Assembly: GCF_963506605.1 (NCBI RefSeq)
Contig: NC_083279.1
Span: 101,184,001-101,248,000, forward strand
Reading direction: 5' to 3'
DNA: 64,000 nucleotides
DNA from: Zootoca vivipara
Lineage: Eukaryota
The notes beneath the pieces are model-generated. The model saw only the letters and a program-made list of their open reading frames with translations. It did no database searches and had not been told where the DNA came from. This document shows, one piece after another, positions 39,368 through 52,629 of the stretch. The stretch's first letter is position 1. Every line of letters begins with the position of its first letter. The translations under genes were made by a program, and so were the position numbers.

Positions 39368-39929
39368 TTCTAAAGGTAGAGCCAAGGCTAGTTTGATGGC
39401 TGCCGTGCCAGTGTAGCCCTTAGTAGGGGGTGCTGTTTCATAACTCTCTAGGCATACTCTTCTCCAATAGGCTGGGATTTCAGTAGCTGTTAAGATTACG
39501 GGTTTTGATTGGTTGCTAGTTTTACAGCTATTTAAATGGTGGCTGCGGATTGGCCAAGCGCCTTGTGAATGGAAAGGTTGGCGTTTAGTGTGGTGAGTGG
39601 TCTGCCCAGATCTACAGGTGTGCTTTGGATACCGGTAGAAAGGGGGAAAGGAGGCATTAACAGGGGGTGTGAATGGGGCATTTGAGGTAGAGTGAGTGGT
39701 CCTGGTTATTGGAGGGCTGCCCACCCCCCTTTCCTTCCTATGAATTCCGGTAACAAGGGGCTCCTGGACTGGTAAGCTAAGGCTGCCCTCCCTTCATGAA
39801 GAGAAGCATCTTTCAACACCTCCACCCATTTTGTGAGGCCTCACAATGGCCTCTTTTAGTGCCCAGGAAGGGAGTCATCAGGCTTGCAGCTGACCTCAAA
39901 TGTTGGTTTGTTTTATTTTTATTTCAAAT

Positions 39930-40090
39930 TACAGGTAGGTAGCCGTGTTGGTCTGCCGTATTCGAAACAAAATAAATAAAAAATTCTTTGCATGCACAAA
40001 GAAGAAGTGTATCTGAAGAAGTGCGCATGCACACGAAAGCACATACCAATAACAAACTTAGTTGGTCTCTAAGCTGCTACTGGAAGGATT
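39930..40090. mobile_element. Penelope-like fragment with mutated hammerhead
   Basis: GTAT-CTGAAGA-A-GTGCGCATGCACAC-GAAA-GCAC-ATAC at 40009-40046. Confidence 0.7.
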
Positions 40091-40124
40091 TATTTTATTT
40101 TATTTCAAATTGATATACAATGTG

Positions 40125-40125
<1 letters not shown>

Positions 40126-40163
<38 letters not shown>
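40126..40163. repeat. (TG)n microsatellite
   Basis: Seen directly. Confidence 0.95.
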
Positions 40164-40164
<1 letters not shown>

Positions 40165-40829
40165 AATCAATAAAACCAATTTAAGCATAATAAAGTATGA
40201 CCTTGTTGTACCCATAAAAGGGACATGCGAGCATCTCAGAATAAACCCGAATTGCACCCCTCTCACTTTATGGTGCATTTAAGTCCTTTCTGGTTAGTTA
40301 AAGGGGCTGGAATCATATTATTTTGTTTAATAATTGAGCTGATTATGTCTCTAAAGTGAAGACTCACCAGTCTAAACTCATTGACAGTTTGTATCATCTG
40401 GACAGCAATCTTTTATTTGGAACAGTAAACATCATGTACTAGAAAATTAAAAATTACCCAGGTCCCAGCTATCTGAAAGACCAGGCAATTTTGGAACTGC
40501 ATGCCTAGAGAAGTTAGACCAGGCTCCCTCCTCCTCGTCATTCCGACAGCAGATGAAGACCTCCCTGTTTTCCAACAGTCTTTTGGGGACTGACTGTTTT
40601 TACTGAGAGGAGTGGTGCTGTGCTCTTTGCTCCACGAGGCCAGCAATGCTGCAGAGATGTTGGCATTGCTGTTCAGCATTATACCTGCAGAACCTCCTGT
40701 CTCAGAAGCCTCCCCATCTGCTCCATTCAAGGTGGCCTCATGAGCCCCACACATTCATTCAGCCAGCCAAATCTCCCAGGAAGGGAAACTTGAAACACCT
40801 GAGAGGCTATTTAGCAGGTGAGAGGAGGA

Positions 40830-41017
40830 AGCCCAGGGGCTCCCACCAGCGTTGCACAGCCGCCCTTAAGCACCAGGACCTCAGCTTCTGGGGATCTTTG
40901 CTGAGAGGTTGGCAAAGGAAGCCTATAAAGGCTGTTGCCTGCCCTTCACAGGTGCCCCCTTGTAGTATTGGTATCACCATGACCCCACAAGGACTCTGCC
41001 TCTCCACTGCCTGCTTG
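40830..41017 (+). promoter_or_regulatory. Possible promoter and non-coding first exon of the plus-strand OR
   Basis: O/E-like cccagggg at ~40832, TATAAA at 40924, donor gtgagt at 41018, acceptor at 42997-42998. Confidence 0.35.
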
Positions 41018-43050
41018 GTGAGTTTTTCTAATACAAAACAAGTCAGCACTTCAAGCTTCCTCCGGTGGCCACCAGCGCAGCCTCCACCACATAAAAAGAC
41101 TCTGCTGGATCAGGCCAATGGCTCATCTGGTCCAGTATCCTGTTCTCACAGTGGCTGAACAGTTGCCCATTATGGGAAACCCACAAGCAGCATTTGAGCA
41201 CCAGAGCCCTCTCCCCTACTGCGATTTACAGCAGCTGGTTCTCAGAAGCATGGCTGCCTCCAGCTGTGGATTCACAGAGCAGAGTCATCCTGGCTAGGAG
41301 CCATAGGTTGTCTTCTCCTCCATGAAGGATACCTGTCTCTGTTCATTCATAAGGTTGTGCCTTGTGTAACTGCTTTTCTTCCTGATCCCTGTGGGACAAG
41401 GGAGGGGAAGGAATTCCATCCACCCTTTGTCTAAAGATGAACTTCCTTAATTTGCACTCTGCTGAAATAGAGCTGTCCTTTGAAATTCTCTGAGTTTTGC
41501 AGTCCAGCTCCATGGCCAAGGAATATGTATAGTGATTGTTTTAACTGTTTTTAATATTGACTTTTAAATTAACTTAACTTCCTCTATGACGAGTGGGTAA
41601 TAAACTGAAATAGCCGCAGCAGCAACAACACACATATTATTGAAAATAATATTCAAAAATGCATTGTAATAAGAAAAAGGGTTTTCAAAAAATGTGAAAA
41701 ATGTGCATATTGGACAACATTTTGTATAAATGGGTCTGTTAGGAGAAACATGCACTAAAATCCTGCTGAATATTCTTTTTCTTAAAAATAATTCAGTTTT
41801 ACATTTAACATTTACACTCATTCACAAATAATAATAATAGTAATGTAGGATTCCCTGAATCCTTGGACTTCTCTCTACCCCTCCACGGATTCCATTGTTA
41901 ATCTTTTCCCACCTGCATCATACAATGTTTTTCGTTTTTCATTAAAATTCAGCTCACACCATAGTTCTTGTTACATTACAATTGTTGTCACAATGCTGCC
42001 AAAAATCCTGATAAATATTCATAAGGACTTCTTTAATATTATTTTTAAAAATGCAAACGAAGTTGGAAGCAGCAATGATTCGGAATCTCAATTGTTGAAA
42101 CTGTCGGAGGGGAGGGGGCTCTTGTGCTTGCATCCTGCTTGCGGATTTCTCATATTGGGCATCTGGTTGGCCACTGTGAGACCAGGATGATGAGCCCCCA
42201 TGGGCCTGATCCAGCAGGCTCTTCTTACATTTTTTACGTGCAAATGTGAAGAACTGGTGAAGATTGGAAAAACGAGGAACTGAGCCAATCCAAAATGGAC
42301 AGATTTGTCCCTCCGTATGTGGGGCTGGACCTTGCACAGTCCACATGTCCCCCCAGCATGTATTTCTTCTCTCGTTGCTGGAGTTCCATGCATAGCGCCA
42401 GGGCAGCTGAAGCAAAAGCTCTCTGTGCAGAGTCACAGGGAGAATTATCACACACACCCCACCCCCATATCTGATGACCAAGAGCCTGGAAATCAAGCCT
42501 TCTAAGGGACGGTTGAGGGAGTTGGGTATGGAGAAGGGGAGACTGAGAGCTGATAGGATAGTCACCTTCAAATATTAGAAAATGGAGCAAGCTCCAAAGG
42601 GGAGGACCTGAACCAACGGATTCAAATTGCAGGAAAGGAGGTTCCGACTCAACGTTAGGAAGAACTTTCTGAGTGTAAGAGCTGTATGACAGTGGAACAG
42701 ACTCCCTCAGAAGGGAGCTTGGAAGGCCACCGGTCAGGAATTCTTCAGCCGGGATTCCTGCTTTGATGGAGATGGAAACAGATGACCCTTGGGTCTAGGG
42801 TTCTCTTATTCTATGACCTCAGAAGCTGGAGGTTTTTAAAACAGATATTGAGTGGCCACCTGATGGGGTTATTTAACTGGGATTCCTTTATTGCAGGGGG
42901 CTGGGCTAGATGACTCTGGGGGTCCCTTCCAACTCTGCACTTCTACGATCTACTCATGTCATCTTTGTGTGTGTCTGTTTTTCTCCTCTGGTTTTCAGGA
43001 GGCCTGTGAGCGACGCTAAGCAGCAGTGGTGGCGATGAAGCTGTTTCCTC

Positions 43051-44016
43051 ATGGCCCTGGCCAACCTGAGCCACTCCTGGCCTCCCACGTTCTTCCTGCA
43101 AGGCATCCCAGGGCTGGAAGCCTACCACATGTGGCTCTCTGTGCCAGTGTTCTGCATCTACATGGTGATCATTGCCGGGAACTGCACCGTCCTCCTGGTG
43201 GTGGCCACGGAGCCAGCTCTCCACAGGCCCATGTGCTACTTCCTCTGCATGCTGGCAGCTATTGACCTGGCAGCCTCCACCTCCGCCCTGCCCAAGATGC
43301 TCTGCATCTTCTGGTTCCAGGGAGGGGAGATCCAGGCCATTGCCTGCCTGGCCCAGATGTTCTTCATCCATGCCTTGTGCATGATGGAGTCAGCGGTGCT
43401 GCTGGGGATGGCGCTGGACCGCTATGTGGCCATCTGCTTCCCGCTCAGGTACAGCTCTCTCTTCTCCAGCTCACTGGTGGCCAAGATGGCTGTGGCCGGC
43501 ATGGCCAGGGGAATGCTTCTGATGGCACCTTGCCCTTTCCTGATCCGGAGGCTGTCCTACTGCCGGACCAACGTCATTCGCCACACGTACTGTGAGCACA
43601 TGGCAGTGGTCAAGCTGGCCTGTGGGGACACCAGCATCAACCGCACCTATGGGCTGAGTGTGGCCTTGATCGTCATCGGAGGAGACCTTCTCTGCATCGG
43701 GCTCTCCTACTTCTTCATCGTCCGTGCGGTGCTCCGTCTCTCTTCCCGTGAGGCGAGGCACAAGGCTTTTGGCACTTGTGGCTCCCACCTCTGTGTCATC
43801 TTGATCTCCTACAGCCCTGCCCTCTTCTCCTTCTTCACCCACCGCTTTGGCCACGCCGTGGCCCCCCATATCCACATCCTGCTGGCCAACCTCTACCTCC
43901 TCTTCCCTCCCATGCTGAACCCCATTGTGTATGGAGTGAGGACCAAGGAGATCCGGGAACGGGTCATCAGGCTTTTCCTCCCAGGCAGGGTCATGGTGAA
44001 ACTCAGGGTGAATTGA
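43051..44016 (+). CDS. Class I olfactory receptor, OR52-like (321 aa, intact)
   Basis: LHRPMCYFL, MALDRYVAIC, HTYCEHMAVVKLAC, KAFGTCGSH, PPMLNPIVYGVRTKEIR. Confidence 0.95.
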   Translation: MALANLSHSWPPTFFLQGIPGLEAYHMWLSVPVFCIYMVIIAGNCTVLLVVATEPALHRPMCYFLCMLAAIDLAASTSALPKMLCIFWFQGGEIQAIACLAQMFFIHALCMMESAVLLGMALDRYVAICFPLRYSSLFSSSLVAKMAVAGMARGMLLMAPCPFLIRRLSYCRTNVIRHTYCEHMAVVKLACGDTSINRTYGLSVALIVIGGDLLCIGLSYFFIVRAVLRLSSREARHKAFGTCGSHLCVILISYSPALFSFFTHRFGHAVAPHIHILLANLYLLFPPMLNPIVYGVRTKEIRERVIRLFLPGRVMVKLRVN

Positions 44017-45743
44017 GACTGAATTCCTTCCTCCCCCCGCAAAAAAAGCCAACCCTACCTGGGTGGAAGGGCCCTGGAAACTGAGCTGGAGTCAGGTGGG
44101 TTAAGATCTGCACACCTGGCTCTTCAGCTCTGGGGGAAATTCAAAAAGCTTTGGCAGAGGGAGGGCCTCATCTAGGCTTTCGGGAGATGGCTGGAGGTGG
44201 ATAAGCTATTTTGCAAACATTTGTAGCTGGTTGGATTGGGACGATGTCATCCACCTTTCCTGTACCACGAATCAGGGGCCATGCCCCAAATAAGTTCTTC
44301 TGCAGCTCAGAATGCAAGGAAGAAAGGATTATTGGTGGCTGCTAGCCGTGATAGCTATGCACTGTCTTGGTGAGAGGAAGTGATGACTCTGAATCCCTGT
44401 TGCCTGGAGACCTGAGGAGGTGAGAGGGCTGCTCTTGTGGCCAGGTCCTGCTTGTGGGTTTCCCATAACTGTGAGAACAGGATGCCGGACTTGAGGGCCC
44501 ACTGACCTGACCCCAAAGTGGTCTCCTTGTCTTCTTAGCTCAATCCCAGTCTACATCTGCATTGGAATTGTTTTCAAGGTGTCTTTGTTGTTTGCTGCCC
44601 TGGGCTCCTTAGGGAGGAAATGTGGTGTATAAATTAAACCAGTAAATGTGTCAGAAGGGGGCTCTTTGTGCATGCAAAGTCTGAGCATGTGGGTCCTTTA
44701 CACAATGGTGGATTCTGGCTCCAGTAAAAGCTCCCCACACTGGGAAACCCATGAGTGGATAGGTTAGGATGCAACTAGAGCGCCTTCTGATGTATGACAA
44801 ACACAAAATGGCAAGGGGGAAGAAGAAATTAGCCTGAATGGTCCCACAAGCCCATCACCTGTTCTCTCAGTGCAAGGTGTGTGTGTGTTTTAACTAATCC
44901 AGAATGCAGCAGCTAGACTGGTGACTGGGAGCGGACGTCGAGACCACATACATTTCTGAGCACAAGTCAAATTGTTGGTGCTGACTTTTAAAAACAACAG
45001 ATCTACAGCAGGATCCTCCGAATGATCTCAATGAAGAACCTCTGAGGAAGTCAATGTAAGGAAGGCCCCACTCATTCCACTCAAAAGTTCAGTCTTCCCA
45101 TATGGAAATAATGCTTTATTCAGAGTTTAATTCCATAGTGTGCCCCCAATGATCTTGATATAGGCAAAAATCTGCCCTTATTCCCTTATTGGGTTCTCCA
45201 TCGGTTGGAGAATATAACAGAGGCCAACCAGAGAAGTTTGAGAAGCAAAGCCTTTATTTTTGCTGTTGCAACAGGGTCCTTCCCCTCACACAGGAGAACA
45301 AGGAAGGAACCCCAAACAAAGGTGTCCTGCCCTTAAATAGAAATTTGAAATTGGTTTCAGCCCACCCCCCAGAAGCATCACCCATAGCCCAAGACCGCCC
45401 TCCCTAGATTCATCATAGGTACATCATGAAAGGGGAGGTCTGGTGGCAGTAATCTGAGCAGTCTGGACCCTGCCCCCTGCCCCCAAAACCTAATCAAGTA
45501 AAAAATAGAGATATTTACATTTCCCTGTTTCCCAGCCAAGTTAATCACACCCTTTTGTCTGGCACTCAGGTATCAGGATGCCAGGGATTATCACTTTAAT
45601 TCCTGAGACAATGAGAAGGTTCCCCCCACCCCCCTTCTTCCTTGCAGAGGAACACCTGGTCAGAGAGAGAGTCAAAATGGTGTCAGTCAGGCCTGCCTTC
45701 CTGTGCTGCTTCAGACATGTGCCTGTACTGTACATTCATGTAC

Positions 45744-45895
45744 NNNNNNNNNNNNNNNNNNNNNNNNNNNNNNNNNNNNNNNNNNNNNNNNNNNNNNNNN
45801 NNNNNNNNNNNNNNNNNNNNNNNNNNNNNNNNNNNNNNNNNNNNNNNNNNNNNNNNNNNNNNNNNNNNNNNNNNNNNNNNNNNNNNNNNNNNNNN
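45744..45895. other. Assembly gap (152 N)
   Basis: Run of N. Confidence 1.
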
Positions 45896-46550
45896 CAATC
45901 TCATATTTTCCTGTGTTTCATTTCCTCCAAGGGAACTTGTTTAGTTTAGTTTAGTTAGTTAATTAATTAATTAATTAGGGTTTCTTGCCAGGCATAGCAA
46001 TGTCCCTCCAGTCTCACCAGGAGCCTCTTTAGTAGGGCTGGTGAGTCAGGGCCAGGTGGAAAAGGGCCTTGCAGGGAGCAGCCTTCACAACTCACAACCA
46101 GGCGATAAAATGCTTCATATTAGGGAAGATTGCTTTGCAAAAATGTGCATATTGGGATAATTATGCAATAAAATATTGTTGGATTTGCATGAAGCATTTC
46201 AACAAAACTGTTCATAAACTTTAATTAGTTTATGTTGTAATCGTAAAGGGGACTTGGATGAAAGGCTGCCCGGTGCACTTCCAACACAATAAGCCTTTTG
46301 GTCCCCTGTAGCAGAATTGCGCAGCGGCTGAGAAGTAACAGTAGATCAGCAGAGTCATAAATCAGGACTGCTGGAGAGCTCTATAAACTGTGAGGTTTTA
46401 TTTACATTGGCCCTGGAGACTTAGCAGACATGCTTTGTCTCTGGGCAAAAACGAAACCGACTCAGCACACAGGCATGAGTAACTCAAAACAAAGATAAGA
46501 ACTACAAGCACCAAGAGCAAGAGAGAAGAAACAAGCAAGAGAGAGAGAGA

Positions 46551-46893
46551 CTCTTCGTGACCCCATGGACCATAGCACGCCAGGCACTCCTGTCTTGCAC
46601 TGCCTCCCGCAGTTTGGTCAAACTCATGTTTGTAGCTTCGAGAACACTGTCCAACCATCTCGTCCCCTGTCGTCCCCTTCTCCTAGTGCCCTCAATCTTT
46701 CCCAACATCAGGCTCTTTTCCAAGGATTCTTCTCTTCTCATGAGGTGGCCAAAGTATTGGAGCCTCAGCTTCACGATCTGTCCTTCCAGTGAGCACTCAG
46801 GGCTGATTTACTTAAGAATGGATAGGTTTGATCTTCTTGCAGTCCATGGGACTCTCAAGAGTCTCCTCCAGCACCATAATTCAAAAGCATCAA
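46551..46893 (-). mobile_element. BovB 3' fragment
   Basis: KLRLQYFGHLMRREESLEK...HGVTKS. Confidence 0.9.
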
Positions 46894-47066
46894 AAAAAGT
46901 AGGCTATTAGCATTTACATAAACACTAGGACAATAACACTATACCAATGTAACCAACAATGTATAGGAATATCGTACAGTGGTACATCAACTTTTGAATG
47001 TCTGCATTGATTAACATTTCGGTTTTCGAATGGCATAAACCCAGAAGTAAATGCTTTGGTTTTCAA

Positions 47067-47663
47067 ACATGTGAAAAGGACCTAGGAGTCTTGGTAGACC
47101 ACAGACTTGACATGAGTCAGCAGTGTGATGCAGCAGCTAAAAAAGCCAATGCAATGCTGCATCAATAGGAGTATAGCATCTAGATCTAGGGAAGTAATAG
47201 TACCACTGTATTCTGCTCTGGTCAGACCTCACCTGGAGTACTGTGTCCAGTTCTGGGCACCACAGTTCAAGAAGGATACTGACAAGCTGGAACGTGTCCA
47301 GAAGAGGGCAACCAAAATGGTCAAAGGCCTGGAAACGATGCCTTATGAGGAACGGCTTAGGGAGCTGGGTATGTTTAGCCTGGAGAAGAGAAGGTTAAGG
47401 GGTGATATGATAGCCATGTTCAAATATATAAAAGAATGTCATATGGAGGAGGGAGATTGTTTTCTGCTGCTCCAGAGAAGCGGACACGGAGCAATGGATT
47501 CAAACTACAAGAAAGAAGATTCCACCAAAACATTAAGAAGAACTTCCTGACAGTAAGAGGCTTGACAGGCATATGTCAAGAATGCTTTGATGGTGTTTCC
47601 TGCTTGGCAGGGGGTTGGACTGGATGGCCCTTGTGGTCTCTTCCAACTCTATGATTCTATGAT
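47067..47663 (+). mobile_element. CR1 3' fragment with an internal deletion
   Basis: Same family as 23788-24632. Confidence 0.9.
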
Positions 47664-47899
47664 TTAATCAGTCAGCAGAGTAAAATCAAACAGCTTCTAA
47701 CTACCTATAGAATGCAGGACTGCAAAGGAGCAGCAGTGCCTATGGAGCCGGGATTTATCAAGTCCCTTCATACGGATGAGAGTCCAGCATTTGAGCATCC
47801 GGAATTATTCCAATCGGTCATTGGAAGTTTACTGTATTTGACCCAATGGTCTAGGTGTGATATTACTTATGCGGTTGGCATACTAAGCAGACAGGTTTC

Positions 47900-49147
47900 T
47901 TTTTTTAAATATAATATATTTTTTATTAATTTTCCAATTAAAAACATTTATATCACATCCATTATTTCAAATTATACAAATACATATCAATCAAACCGAA
48001 TGTTGTGCCAAATCATCTAAAATTTTCGGGGTTCCCATGCTTCAAGAAATTGGGGATTCCTCGCAACTGCTCACTGCCGTCTTTTTTCTAAAGTCCAAAT
48101 CATCACTCAAAGTCTATAATAGTCCCGATCTTTCCCTTACAATCACATAGATGTTTTCCTCTGTCATCCGATTTTTTCCCAGCTGCTGAGATAAATATCA
48201 AACAAGATTTCACATATGTTCTTTCTCCTGTGTGAGTTAATCAGTCCAGCTTCCCCATAAATCTTCTAGGTCTGGAGCGTCCCTGTTGCGCCGATCTTTC
48301 AACACGAAGCAGCGCCATCTTAGAAAACTCAAATCAGTTTCATTTTCTTCTCATAACTATGTAGATTAACGATCTTTATGAAATTTACAGCTTTTCCAGG
48401 CAGAAGATCCAGTCATCACATTATGCATAGATTCTTGATAAATTAGTGGCTCTCCTTGCCCTATAGCTGAACTTAGCTTCAGGTCGCTGTTCAAATTCAA
48501 AGTGCGTCACATCTCATAAATCCTTCGAACGCATTCCAGGCACTCCTTCCCTCCAGCTAGAGGGGGGCTTCTCTCGCCAGCAACTCCACATCTTCAAAAA
48601 ATATACTCAGTATCAACAGTTCATAAAATTCAACTCACACAGATCCCTTTTATTTCTTTTTCGTTCCAAACAAGCCAGGACATCACGTCTGGGAAGGTAC
48701 GAAGTAACTCATATGCAAAAAATAAAAAAAAGGACTCACTTCCCTTGTCGTTCCGTCCCCATCAATCCTTTCAGATAAAATACAGCCTTTGACTCCTCAC
48801 CCTCAGCAGCGTAAATTCCTCAGCAGTAAACAGAGCTTCTGCCCCTCCTTCTGAAGTATGTCCATGGATTTAAGCCTAATTATCTTCTTTAATCATGGAA
48901 ATCCCCACCATGCAGGTTAGCGTCCGGGAGTTCCGGCATTCCTCATAAGTGCTTCAGCCCAAGCCCCCCCCCACTCCTTTAACAATCAGAGTGGGTTAGG
49001 GGGCATCGCGGGCCAGCGGCCCCTCTCCGTAACCCCGGGAGAGGTAAGGGGGTTGCCATTTACTCCCCTAGCAACCGCCAAATTCCTTATGAAGGTCGGA
49101 GGGATGGAAAACAGGTCAGCCATTCCTGCAGGTGGAAACCGGAACCT
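47900..49147 (-). mobile_element. 1.25-kb non-coding polyadenylated retroposon (L1-mobilised)
   Basis: 17-bp TSD ctaagcagacaggtttc, AATAAA plus A-rich tail, GC-rich 5' end, no long ORF. Confidence 0.75.
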
Positions 49148-49837
49148 CTAAGCAGACAGGTTTCAAAACTGACACTTAATGCCTGGAAAGCGATAAAACA
49201 AGTGCTGAGATACCTTAAACAAACAGTTGGCTATGTTTTGCAACTAAGTTCTGCAGCAGATGAAGAGCTGTATTGTTATTGTGATAGTGAGTGGGGAATT
49301 TTGCCAGATCGGAAATCTGTCACAGGTTTGGTCATTATGTTTGGAGGAGCTTTAATTAGCTTGCATTCAAGAAAACAAATCATAGAGAGTGTATGTTCTA
49401 CAGAATCTGAATATGCTGCGTTAAGTGAATTATGTAATAAGGTGACATATTTCAAGCATTTGTTAACAGATCTAAATGTAAATTGTGAACAACCAATACA
49501 AGTTTACATTGATAATCAAGCATGCATTACGTTAAGTAATACTGAAGGTTTCAAATCACGTTCAAAACATGTTGCAGTGAAATATCAAAATGTACGGTGC
49601 AATGTACAGAACAATATGATTACATGTACCTACGTACCTAGTGATCAAAATATTGCTGATGTGTTAACAAAGCCTTTGACAAAGATTAAGAATAAACAGA
49701 TGTGTAAAAGTTTGGGTCTGCTTGACAATGTGAGTTAAAAGGAGTTCTCTATACACATGGGTTAATTGCATCAGTGGAAACTGTGAGGGGGTATTAGAGA
49801 TCTCAAAGTGCATACGTGCAAAAAGGCAGCTCTCCAC

Positions 49838-50298
49838 TGTGGAATGTTGTTGTCCAATTGTTAAACAACTATAAACGCAGCCTTGTCAGGCAATTTATCT
49901 GCCTGCGCACAATTCCAGCTGCGTAGCAGAGAAATGTCCGGCGCGCTCCGCTGCGTGCCTCTGTTTAAAAGTCTATAAACTTTTCCTTCTGAAGTTTAGA
50001 TAACAGTCTGCAGCAGCCTGTGGCAGCGGAAGTCTTATTCAGCTTTCAACACCTTTGAAATAAATCACTTTCCACTCCCTTGCTCATTAAAACAAAGAAG
50101 ATTTATTAAGGCAAACAGCCCGGAGTATTTTGCTGCATCCCGGCTGAAAACTGCGACACACACAATTAAAACATACGGTGTCATGTTACAGAACACAACA
50201 GCAACAGGTACTACTTCCTGTTTCCTGTTTACATGACGTATCACAGAGCCCCTCGTGATACAGGACGACTGCTGAGCTATTAACCCTCTCAGCTCACA
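49838..50298 (-). mobile_element. Solo LTR nested in the Copia LTR
   Basis: TG...CA termini with 5-bp TSD tccac. Same family as 25931-26530. Confidence 0.8.
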
Positions 50299-50606
50299 TC
50301 CACTTCAGACAATTAACTTTGGGCAGAAAGCCAATATCTGCTCTCTCTGTGCATCGTTACAAGAGCCTTAGTAACAACTCTGTGATTGGATAAGGAGTTC
50401 CTAAAAGATAAGCTCTGTGTGGTGTTATGTGAATGAGTGAGTACAGTGTGGAGAAAAAACTGTAACAGGTGGTTGTGTGAGAGAGGGACAGAGAGGAAAG
50501 GATTTGTTTTATTTCATTTACTTTATGAAGTTTTGTACATAGCAATTTCTGGATACAGTCTGTTCAATAAATCCTGTATATAGTTATCCTGCGTCCAGAC
50601 GTCTAA

Positions 50607-51602
<996 letters not shown>

Positions 51603-52346
51603 TTAGAACCTCAGGAACAAATGGAGCCCCCAATTATGGAATAAAGTTCATTAAATGAGTTGTAGAGGTGGAACTGAAGGCAATTGGCTGTGTGTTCAGT
51701 ACCTTTGTTTTTTTGTAATTAACCAATGCATTTATTATTGGATTCCATTGGATTATTGAATGTTGCTTTGTTTGATATAAGTTTTCATTTTAAAGTTTTT
51801 GTACTTTTTACATTGGATCAGATTGTTATTATTAATGTTTCATGTTTATGTATATGTTGGAAGCCACCCAGAGTGGCTGGGGCAACCCAGCCAGATGGAC
51901 AGGGGTATAAATAATAAATTATTATAAATTATTATTATTACTATTTCTACTACTACCACTACCTGAGATTCAATAACCCTGGCTCTTCTCTGGGATGGAT
52001 TTTGTTTGGCCCAGTCATGGCATCCCCTCCATCTCCAAGGTCAGGCGTCTCTTTGGTCAACCCAAGAAAACCAGATAGAAGCTACTTCTTTTTCCTAACA
52101 ACTCTGAAGCTGACCTTTAAGATGACCTGGGCAGTTCAGACCAGCCCAACTGTGGTATAAAGAGGCATTACTGGAGGAATATTGTTCACAGACAAAACTG
52201 TAATTTACTGTTTATAGTGGGGGTGTTAGGTTCCTAGGTGTTGTAGAGGGCGCTGTTGAGCTCTGTGAAAATATATGAGGCTTGTCACATAGACGTATTT
52301 TTTAAAAATTTCCAGGCAGATATGGCGATCCCACAGGGAGCCTTAC

Positions 52347-52473
52347 CCAGAGAGCCCACGATCCCATGATTCTCCTCCATGACGTCCATATGCAGAGCTC
52401 TCTGGTCAGGATCCAGCAACGCCCACTCCTCGTCTGTGAAACGAACAACGACATCTTCAAAGCACACTGGACC
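52347..52473 (-). CDS. Gene B KRAB-A exon (127 bp)
   Basis: [42 protein letters not shown] with canonical splice sites. Confidence 0.93.
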
Positions 52474-52629
52474 CTAAAAGAAAAAAGAAATGTCCTCCTC
52501 TGAGACAGCAGAAATACCGTATGATCTGCTACACAATGCTCTGTTGTTTCCTTCCTGTTTATTGCTCTGTTGTTTCAATAGGACTGCTTTGCTGCACATT
52601 TTAATTATGGGTACCTATCTTAACGCTTT

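Noticed and set aside
49792-50051. Short Copia LTR ending tcaaca at 50051
   Set aside because: That position lies inside a separate TSD-bounded solo LTR (49838-50298).
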